Assembly: GCF_006345805.1 (NCBI RefSeq) | Contig: NC_043014.1 | Coordinates: 48,546,001-48,610,000, forward strand | Origin: Octopus sinensis | Lineage: Eukaryota | Direction of reading: 5' to 3' | DNA: 64,000 nucleotides | Part shown: positions 49,201 to 60,700 of the stretch, piece after piece | Layout: every line of letters starts with the position of its first letter | How positions within the stretch are numbered: the stretch's first letter is position 1 | Notes under the pieces: generated by a model | What the model was told of the DNA's origin: nothing | Seen by the model: only the letters and a program-made list of their open reading frames with translations | Database searches by the model: none | Made by a program: the position numbers and the translations under genes

Positions 49201-52200
49201 ACCACATTACCAACTTCACTGCAGAGCCACTGCCATCCCATCTTTTCAAATATAAAATTATTTCTGCTATCTTAACTGTACTAATTAACCTCCACAAGAT
49301 CCATTAACATTTAAGCAAGTAATTCTCCTAAGAAATGTTAATGAGATAACTTTAAAATGATTAAAATGATGAAATGGCAAAAAATTATTAAACGAATAAA
49401 ACTCTGCCACAAATGTTTTGTTTTCATAAGTTTTCAATTATGATCTTCCACCAAACCTTAGTCACAATTTATGTTCCTAACACTAGCTGAAAGATAACTA
49501 AGTTATTTTACTAAATTCTTCGTAATATTTAAAGTAATTGAAAGAAACACAGAGCCTCTCATAATAAATACAGTAATGAAAGGGTTAAACCACAACAGCT
49601 TAGGTCTACCATCAACTCCTACCAACTTACACCACTTCCAGCACCAACTTCTACCAACTGCACTACCTTCTGTCACCCAACTTCCACTACTAATTGCTAT
49701 TACCTTCTACCACTTCTACCACCAAGGTGTACTTTCTTTCCACATAGCAAAGAGAAGACCATACAGAGTTGTGAGATGTGAGGTTGCTACTTACTTTCCA
49801 CGTGGCAAATAGAAGACCCTGGAGAGGGATGTGATGTAGGGTTACTATGTTGTCACTTCCAATGATATTATCTACAGAAAGCTGTTTTGACCAATCAAAA
49901 TTATGGGATATTTCCAACAACAGAGATTTCTGATGAGGTCTGTCAAAAAATAAAAAAACAGAAAAGTTATTTTTAATTTCAGCATTTAAAACACAGACAA
50001 CACAAACACATCATCATCATCATCGTTCAACCGTGGTCGAGACAATGGAATTTACCATGCTACGCCAGACTTCACGGTCCATCATAGCATTACGGAGGTC
50101 CTGTTGCTGGATGCCTGTATCCCTGGAGATTACATCAGGGTAGGAGGGTGTGCGCCCTCTGGTATTGCGAGTAGATGGCTTCCAGAGAAGAGTAGAAATC
50201 GCCTCTTTTTCAGCTCTACAACAATGTCCAGCAAACTGGACTCTTCTACCTTTCACAAGAGATGATACAGGTGGTAGTTTCCCATATATTTGCATTTTGG
50301 TTGGATGATGCTACCACGAGAGATTTTGAGCTCTCATAAGGAGGCGAGTGTAGGTTCCATCCAACACACACACACACACATTCATTCACCATTTCATCAT
50401 TTAATGTCTGTCATGGGTTGGATGATTTGATAGGAACCGACAAGCCAAACAGCTGTGTTAAGCACCAGTCATCTGTTTGGCATGGTTCTACAGCTAGATG
50501 CCCTTCCTAATGCCAACCACTCTACAGAGTGTACTGGGTACTTTTATGTGACGGCAGCACAGGTGCTTTTTATGTGATGCTGGCACTTAGAAAGTGATAT
50601 ATATATATATATACACACAGACAGACAGAATGGATTTTATATAATATATATATATATATCATCGTCATCATCATTTAACGTCTGCTTTCCATGCTACCAT
50701 GGGTTGGACGGTTCAACGGGGGTCTGGGAAGCCCAAAGGCTGCACCAGGTACAGTCAGATCTGGCAGAGTTTCTACAGCTGGATGCCCTTCCTAACGCCA
50801 ACCACTCCGTGAGTGTAGTGGGTGCTTTTTACGTGCCACCGACACAGGTGCCAGACGAGGCTGGCGAATGGCCATGCTCGGATGGTGCTTTTTACGTGCC
50901 ACTGGCACGGAGGCCAGCCTGGCCTGGCCTCCGTGCTGGTGGCACGTAAAAAGCACCATACATATATATATATACATACATACAAAGATATGGGATGGCT
51001 ATGGCCGGAATGCCTTTGATCAGAGCTGAGCTGGGCTTAAACAACAAAAACATCAACGAATGACACATTAGATAATTCAGTGTAAATATAAGACAGGATA
51101 GTCACAGCAGAGACATCTTTGATCTTAGGTGTTCTGGGCCAGAATGGACCTCATTTTAAACAGAAACAAGGAAACACATATTAGATAAGATACCAGATAC
51201 ATTTAGTCTGAATAAACAATCTAGAGTCAACTAAATCAAAACTGAGCAGCTACTAAACAACAGCAGCAGTTAATTTCAAAATACTCACCCATCTAACACA
51301 GGTCGGCCATCTTTGTGAAAGAAAATTGGGTTAATGGAGAACACGTGGACTGTATTAATGGAGTTGAGAGGTGGTGCGTTGTAACCAGAGAAGCAGACTA
51401 CCACAGACATGGAGTGGAAGAACATATCTTGACAATGTAATTCATGGCAGTATTGACTTTTAACACAGTGCTTCCATTTACCAGAATTTGACTCAGCACT
51501 ACCAAGACAAAGTCTCCAAGTAATTCCTGCTTTTCTAAAGAACAAACAGAAGAAACTTATTAGCATAATATATGTAAGGAACATAAGACAATAATATACA
51601 ATGATATATTAACATAATATATGTTATGAATATTAAAAAAAAAACATGGCTAGTTTGTTGAAGAACGTGGTCTAAAATATGTCCTATCTTGAAAAGTTAG
51701 GACCACATTGGATAATGTAGTCTTAGATACACTATGAATAAAGATGAAATGGTCACAATTGAAACAGTGAAAGCATGCAATAAAACCACTCCGAGAGTGT
51801 AGTGGATGCTTTTACATGCCACCGGCATGAGGGCCAGTCAGGTGGTACTTGGCAACGGCCACGCTCAAATGGTGCTTTTTACATGCCACCTGCACAGAAG
51901 CCAGTCCATCAGCACTGGCAACATATATCTATATCTCATCATCATCATCATCGTTTAGCGTCCGCTTTCCATGCTAGCATGGGTTGGATGGTTCAAGTGG
52001 GGTCTGGGAAGCCAGAAGGCTGCACCAGGCCCAGTCTGATCTGGCAATGTTTCTACGGCCGGATGCCCTTCCTAACGCCAACCACTCCATGAGTGTAGTG
52101 GGTGCTTTTTACGTGCCACCGGCACAGGTGCCAGACGAGGCTGGCAAACGGCCACAATCGGATGGTGCTTTTTACGTGCCACCAGCACGGGGGCCAGGCG

Positions 52201-53201
52201 AGGCTGGCAATGGCCATGAACGGATGGTGTTTTTTACGTGCCACCGGCACAAGGCCATTCGAGGCGGCGCTGGCAACGGCCACATTCGGATGGTTCTCTT
52301 ACATGCCACCGGCACTGGTATCACAGTTGCAATTTCCATTGATGTTGATTGATTTCGATTCTCACTTGCCTCAACAGGTCTTCACAAGTAGAGTTTTGTG
52401 TCCCCAGAAGGAAAGGTATGCATAAGTGGACTGGCACATCCCAGGTTACACACATACATACATACTTTGTGTGCACATGCGCATATTAACTTTTTTATTT
52501 AATTTTAATCTGAGAGGAAAACTAGTTTATCTTCAGCTGGTCAAAACAAACTCCTTAAGAAACAACATCAGAACAATAACCACAACCACAATATGAACTT
52601 ACCTAATGGCAGCTTCTGTATTTTTGACCAAGCCTGTATATAAATGAACTTTCCTTAGGAGAGAGAGGACTTTGTGATTTCGAAGATCTACAGTTCTGAC
52701 AATAAAAGAAGAAAAAAAAGAAATTAATTTAGTTCATCTCTCCATTTATATTTGAAAGATTTGTAAATTTGAACATTTGCAGTTTGGGGATTATTATAAT
52801 CATTAAGGCAGCAAGCAGGTAGAATCGTTAGCTTGCCAGGCGAAATGCTTAGCAGTATTTTGTCTGCCGCTACGTTCTGATTTCAAATTCCACCAGGGTC
52901 AACTTTGCCTGTCATCATTTCGGGGGTCGATTAAATAAGTACCAGTTACGCACTGGGGTCGATATAATCGACTTAATCCGTTTGTCTGTATTTGTTTGTC
53001 CTCCCTGTGTTTAGCCCCTTGTGGGTAGTAAAGAAATAGAACACCATTCTCCGCCTGGTCTGAGAATGGAAACCATGATCTTGCAATCATGAGTGCTACA
53101 TCCTAACCACTAGGCCACACACCTACATGATGATTCTACAAAGGACTGCAGAATATATATACACTTTAGATGAGTTGTAGTGCACCTGAGCACTGTACAC
53201 A

Positions 53202-53234
<33 letters not shown>

Positions 53235-55043
53235 TAGAATCTTCACCAAATTCCTTAAAACAATTTCATCTCAACATTGCAAGCAAATCAAATAATTTCC
53301 TACCAGAAACACTCATGGAAATTCTATAGGTCTTTTTTGAAAATTGTAGCAGAAGACACTTGCCCAAGATGCAATACAGGGAAGCTTGACCCAAGATTAA
53401 ATGGTGAGGAAGGAAACTTAGGAACATTAAGCATGTTTTTTTTTTCCCCCATCTAATTCCTTTGTTATTTTTCTCTTTTCAAAATAACCCATGTAATGAA
53501 GTATCTGTATACATCTATTGATTGATTGGCAGATAGATAGGCAGGTAAGCAGGTAGGTAGGTAGGTAGGAAGGTAGGTAGGTAGGTAGGTAGATAAACAG
53601 ATAGACATCCAGTAAACATTGTAGTAAAAAGAAACTACATTCCCTTATGGAAAACCATTTTCTCTAATTACTAAAACTCGTTAATTTTCAATGATACAGG
53701 TAAACAAGTAACGTAATATTCATCTTAACAAGTAAAACCAACTCAGAGAATATACGACAATAACAGCTTTATATAATGAATAATTAAAGAAGAGCACTTA
53801 ACGATATGGAGTGCTTTAGAGTGTCTACAAACCATTTCTCTAAGTATTGTTTATATATGTTAATATATATACACATACATATATATGTATAGATATATAT
53901 ATAGACATATAATGCATACATATATATTTATTTATATATACACATACATATTTATATACATACACATACACACATATACATATATATATATGCACACATA
54001 CACACATATATACATACACACACACATATACACACATATATATTCACACACATATATAGACGCACACACAAACATATACATATTCCATGTGTGTGTGCTT
54101 GGGAACACTTGTCAATCCAAGTGAAATTGTAGTAGTGGCCACTGCCAGTAAAAGGCACCCACTACACTCTCAGTGTGATTGGTGTTAGGAAGGGCATCCA
54201 GCTGTAGAAACTCTGCCAGATCAGACTGGAATCTGGTGCAGCTCTCTGGTTTGCCAGTTCCAGTCAAACAATCTAACCCATGCCAGCATTGAAAACGGAT
54301 GTTAAATGATGATGATGATGATATACTGTATACAGGAATGTATTAATTATCATAATTTAATGCCCATGTTCCATGCTGGCATGGGTGGATATCGGTGTGA
54401 ATTTCGTAAGATTTTTCTTGTAAAATTACTGTTTGTCACCATAGGTATTATTGTAGTCAAGGGTCAATCCTTGGTAGGATTTCAATTCTTTGTCATTAGT
54501 ACACAACTAATTAATCAAGTGATAAAAAACCAGAAATAAACAAGAACCCAGTCCTTGTGACTTGAACAGTTCAGTGCTGTTGGAGGATGCAGTATGATTG
54601 TCCCAATGTACAACAATATCTTTTTTACTATTCCACTGGTTTCAGGCACTGAACTGCAGCCATAAGGGGCCCTGCCTTGAAGGGTTTAGCTGAACAAATC
54701 AACCCGAGTACTGATTTTTAAGCCTCATACTTATTCTGTTCATCTCTTTTCCTGAACTGTTAGATAATGCAGATGTAAACAAACCAACACTGGTTGTCAA
54801 CTAGAGGTGGGTGACAGACACAGACACAAGACACATACAGATATGTTTTCATCATCATCATCATCATCAACATCCACATTCCATACTGGTATAGGATGGA
54901 CAGTTTGATAGGATCCGATGTATCCAAGGACTGCACGAAGCTCCAGTGTCAGCTTCAGCAAAGTTTTTACGTTTGGATACCCTTTCTAATACCAGCCACT
55001 TTACAGAATGTATTGGGTGCTTTTTTTTGGCCCACCTGACTAT

Positions 55044-55075
<32 letters not shown>

Positions 55076-57229
55076 TAGCATCCATTTTCCATGCTGGCAT
55101 GGGTTAGACAGTTTAACTGGAACTGATAAACTAGAGAGCTGTACCAGGCTCCAGTCTGATTTTGGTTTGGTTTCTATGGTTGGATGCCCTTCCTAATGCC
55201 AATCACTCCAAGAGTGTAGGGGTTGCCTATTACGTGTCACCATGACGGGTGCCTTTTACACATTACTGGCACTGTCCATGATTACAATTTCACTTGGCCT
55301 GACAAGTCTTCTCAAGCATAGAAAATCACCAAAGGTCTCAATAATGTATATCTATATATATAAAGCTGAAGTTGTCTATGTATGGCAGGTTTGGTAGCCT
55401 TCAACTAACACTATCTCCTCCGAGACCCTGCTGTGCAAGTTGACCAAAATTGAGAGTATGATAGAAGAAGGCTTGCTCTTCCCTCCGTACAAAAAAAAAT
55501 TCAAATCGGACCATGTTAACACCAAAAGTTTTTGATATCAAGAAAGTGCTTTTTTTCTATGAAAATCCCTATTTTTTACGATTTCTTGACTGCTGTGTCA
55601 CCATTTTTACTTTTCAAAAATTCCAATTCTAAAGGGTTGAAACAAACCCGAGCAACACCAGGCGATACTGCTAGTATAAATATATAAATGCCCTTTATAT
55701 CAGAGCTCTTCTTTCAGTTCCATCAACCAAATTCACACACAGGATATCTGTTGGCCAGTCTCATCAGATAATATCTCTCTAGCAGAAGACACTTACCCAC
55801 AGTGCTGCACAGTGGGATTGAACCCGAAACCACGTGGTTGCAAAGCAAGCTTCTTAACCACACAGCCATGGCGGCACCTGTATGTTTACATAGTTTGATT
55901 TGAAATTGTTTAGTTAGACACCAAGGTCAGTGTTTCCATATGTCTGGACAATTAATGGGTCTGCTTTGAGCGTTGGTCAACTTCATCAGAGCTTAACCTA
56001 AGGGAAGGGGATGGGGGACGAAAGAGCAACACAAACGACAATGGATGGAAATAATAGATGCGATCAATAATGTTCCACTCACTTGCTAATGCATAGTTTT
56101 TTCCAGTAACCTTGTTCTTGGCATGATTGAGTTTCCTTTTTATCCAACAGTCCAACATATTTATGGTAAATATCTTGCCAAAGCAAGCTAATTAATGAAA
56201 ACAAAGAAATATCATTAGTTTCTGAAAGTCTTATATGTATGAAATAAATAAAATAAAATTTTAAAAAATGGTAAATTTGTTTAAATATTTATTGTTAATT
56301 ACCTGAGAATAAAATATGACATTCCAGATATTTTCTGCACATTTTATAAATTAAAGAAAATGTGATTGAGCAGAATTGGTAAAATATATTAAAAAAAAGC
56401 CTGTTGTGTGTAGATTTTTTTATCTTTTTACCTTTTACTTGTTTCAGTCATTAAACTGTGGCCATGCTGGGGCACTACCTTGAAAGACTTTTAGTCAAAT
56501 GAATGAGCACCACTACTTAATTTAAGTCTGGTAGTTGTTCTATCAGTCTCTTTCGCTGAACTGCTAAGTTCTGAGGCTGTAAACACACCAACAATGGTTG
56601 TCAAGCCACGGTGAAGTACATATACTGACAGGAAGACACACACACTCATATATATATATGACAGGTTTTATTCAATTTCCATCTGCCAAATCCACTCACA
56701 AGGCTTTAGCCAACCCAAGGCTATAGTAGGAGACACTTGCCCAAGATGCCATGCAGCGGAACTGAACCCTGAAACAATGTGGTTGGGAAGCAAATTTCTT
56801 ATCACAGAGCCATGCCTGACTACATATACATATATATATATATTCATAATTTAGGTTTGTTGAAATATGTTTGTCACATATTTCAACAGCTAAAGGCAGT
56901 TACCGTGGAGAAAAAATCTCAGAGATTTTTCCTCCATGGCAACTGCAGTGTATTTGCCTTAAGCAGTTGAAATATGTGACAAACATAGTTCAACTAACCT
57001 AAATAGTGATTATATGTAAACACTGCTTAGCATCACTACTCCGATATATATATGTGGGTCTCAAATCCATTACTCCTCCCCTATTATAATCTGATGAGAT
57101 GGGTTTGTCCTATGCACTCACAAAACTTCAAGTCATATGGAGCTGAGTTAAACAGTTATTTAAAAATATATCTAACTCCAGCCAAATGTGTTGAATGCCA
57201 CTTTCATTTGTCCACTCATGTGTATGTGT

Positions 57230-57271
<42 letters not shown>

Positions 57272-57690
57272 CATTATCATCATCATCGTTTAACATCCGT
57301 TTTCCATGATAGCTTGGGTTGGACGGTTCGACCGGGGTCTGGGAAGCCAGGAGGCTGCACCAGGCTCCAGTCTTATCTGGCAAAGTTTCTACAGCTGGAT
57401 GCCCTTCCTAACACCAACCACTCCGTGAGTGTAGTGGGTGCTTTTTACGTGCCACCGGCACAGGTGCCAGGGGAGGCTGGCAACGGCCACGATCGGTTGG
57501 TGTTTTTTACATGCCACTGGCACGGAAGCCAGTCAAGGCAGCGCTGGCATCGGCCACATTTGGACAGTGCCTTTTACGTGCCACCGGCACAGGGATCACA
57601 ATTACAATTTCCACTTGATTTTTATTTGATGTTGATGTACTTGACTCAATAGGTCTCCTCAAGCACAGCAGGCTGTCCTCCGACCCATAT

Positions 57691-57734
<44 letters not shown>

Positions 57735-60700
57735 GTTTGTTCATCTATCTTTGTTGACAATGACCAAAAACATTATATACACATATGTACATTATATATA
57801 CATATCAAAAAGTTATATTTCCCATCCTCTCGATTACACTCATCTTGATCATTTTCCCCCTTTGCTACACAGCTTCTGTATTCGTAACCCACGTCACATC
57901 TGAAACTGGTATTACAGAGCCTACCTTTTGTCAAGTAAAAGAAGCTTTTTTGTTTCCCAAAACAAGACAGTCACAGCCTCATTAAACAGTGCTAATTATG
58001 TAACCTAAATAACTGTTAACAAATCATCTGAGAAGTTCACAACCATCAGCCCAAGGCTGGTTGTGGTTGATAATTGTTTCAGTGCAGATTATCTGAAAAT
58101 ATAATTTGCTATTAGTTTACTAGAAATCACACTGAATTATTTGTAGGCCCAGTTTGTATTGGTTACATAACATTGAGTCTCTGCCAACTCTTTTTCTAGT
58201 AGGATGTTTCTTAGATGCCGAGTTCCTGATTCCTGGGTCATTGCCAAATTAACCTTTTGTCTCACGTTGAATATATTCAGGCACAAGTATAGAGTTAATT
58301 ATATAGTCATTTCTAATACATGTATAACACAATTATTTTATATCTCATTATTGACATTAATGAAACTACTAATCCGAAACATAAAAGTAACACTTCCTTG
58401 TAAAGTATAAAAAATAATGGAAGATACCTACAAATAACAGATTAAAAAAGTCTATCTAGATTGTCTTATAGTCTAAAAATTGTTGGTTGACTTATTATTG
58501 AAGTTCCCTTCCTGGTCTATACACCCCAGACAGAGAGTTTTTGTCTACTAACCACAAAGATAATCTCAGTTAATCCCAATTTTTCATCTCACTCTATTTA
58601 TAGGAAACAGTGAGGTAACATAATTAACATGCTAAATTTTTACCTATTGATGTAATTATATTATACCTGATAATGGTTAATAAAATAAAATGAGATCTCA
58701 CCAGGCACAGGGAAGTCATTAACTTGCAATGTATAAAGTAAATTTACAACTTTTGTCTTTATTAATTTTTTTATCATTTCACTGTTAAAAGCTTATGCAA
58801 TCCATTTTGAGAGTAAAATCAAAAAATTATCATTCATGTTAAGTTAGTTTAATCATGAGACCTCACTTGCCACTTAGGTGAACACTAGGTATAACTATTA
58901 CTTAAAAGAAGAATGCTACAAAAAAATGGTTAAGAACTACAGCTCTACTTCATATGGGTGACCCTACTGTATAATGTTTTTTTTTTGTAGGCAGAACACT
59001 TTCCTAATGTATTTTCCTAAGAAAATGCAGTGGAAATTTGACAAGACAGTCAGTCGCCCGCTGACACTCGACGCTACATCGAAGAGGCCAGGGAACAGAA
59101 GAAAGAAGACATGCACCCAACACCAGAGCTGAAGACACTCCGAAAGGAGGGGCCCCACCATGTCAAAACGGTAGAGGAGTAGGGGTCGAAACCGAACGTG
59201 GTTCCTCCTGATGATGTCTTGAGCTAACTGGATCCTATAAAGGACCTATTGTGGTAGCAGACCACGAAACACGGTTGAAATTCCTATGTCTCAATAAGAT
59301 ATTGGACTGGCATGGCTGGAACACCTTCGATCATTCTGTAGTTACTACAGGTGTACATGTATAGAGTAGACATACCTGCACAGTGTAGCTGTACCTCTAC
59401 AGTGGTGTCACTGTAGATGTACTCGCACAGTATAGATCCATAGTATTACTACTGACATACCTATACATTGTTACTACAGGTGAACCTGAATGGTGTAAAC
59501 ATACCTGTACAGTGTTGACGTACATTGTTACTACAGGTAAACTTGAATGGTGTAAACATACCTGTACAGTGTTGCCTGCAAGCGCACCTGTACAGTATAA
59601 TTACAAACATACCTGTATAGTGTAGATGTACATGTATAGTATAGACACACCTTTACCCTGCTACTGTTCAGGTAACACTGTACAGGTACATCTAAAATAC
59701 ATCTACCTGTACAATATTTCTATACCTTTACAACTTGTTGACATTTCCTGTCATGGAGTCCTCTACTAGCATTGTACTTTTGAAGATAGTAGAATGACAA
59801 AAATCCATTACTTGAAAAATCAGGTAAGGATTAGTGACAGGAAGTGTATATGGGTATAAAAAAAAAACAATGCCTCAAAAATATATTCATCAAACCAATG
59901 GTGGGTTGGAAAAATGGACATAAAACCAATGTGTGTGCATGTGTGTGAATCAATTAAAATTCTAATGAATAGTTGACTTACTTATCAGTGGCAATTATAC
60001 ACCAATGTTTATTAACAAGTGAGCACGTCAACAGGTCAAGGATTGGTAAATATTTGAAGATTTTAAATAGAATTTCGTCTGGAAAACTGAAAAAAATAAA
60101 AATCAGAGCTGAATGAAATCCACCTGAAAAGTGAGTGGTGTCTGTATGAGAATCTGGTCTTGTTTTATAAGTATCTACGTAAGAGTTGCTGAAGTATGGA
60201 ACAAACTGCCGGCATCAGTTGTTAATTGTCGGAGCACTGCATCCTTCAAAACTTCCATGCTTCCTGAGATTCGCTGACACTACACCTGATTTTCTCCCTT
60301 CCATACACACGCAAGCATGTATCTGGCTCATACACTGTTCACTTCCTAGACATTTGTACATTACTGCATACACTTTATACGCACTTTCTGACAAGTTGTG
60401 GTGCACCTGAGCACTGTATACAATAATTTCCCCACTACACTCTTGGAGTGGTTGGCATTAGCAAGGGCATCCAGCCGTAGAAACATTGCCAGATCAGATT
60501 GGGCCTGGTGCAGCCTTCTGGCTTCCCAGACCTCAGTTGAACCGTCCAACCCATGCCAGCATAGAAAGTGGACGCTAAACGATGAAGATGATTATTATTA
60601 TTATTATTATTATTATACCTGACAGCCATGCGACTTACAACAATCTAAAGTCCTACAATATTTCATAATCACAAAGAAACATGTTGATTCTTTATTTAGA

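Noticed and set aside
56850-57003. Hammerhead in this palindrome (GAAA plus a helix III-like hairpin present)
   Set aside because: No CUGANGA-like core precedes the putative helix II.
59200-59285. CTGATGA ... GAAAC pair suggesting a fourth hammerhead
   Set aside because: Helix I pairs at only 4 of 8 positions and the base of helix II is mismatched; at most a heavily decayed Penelope-like end.
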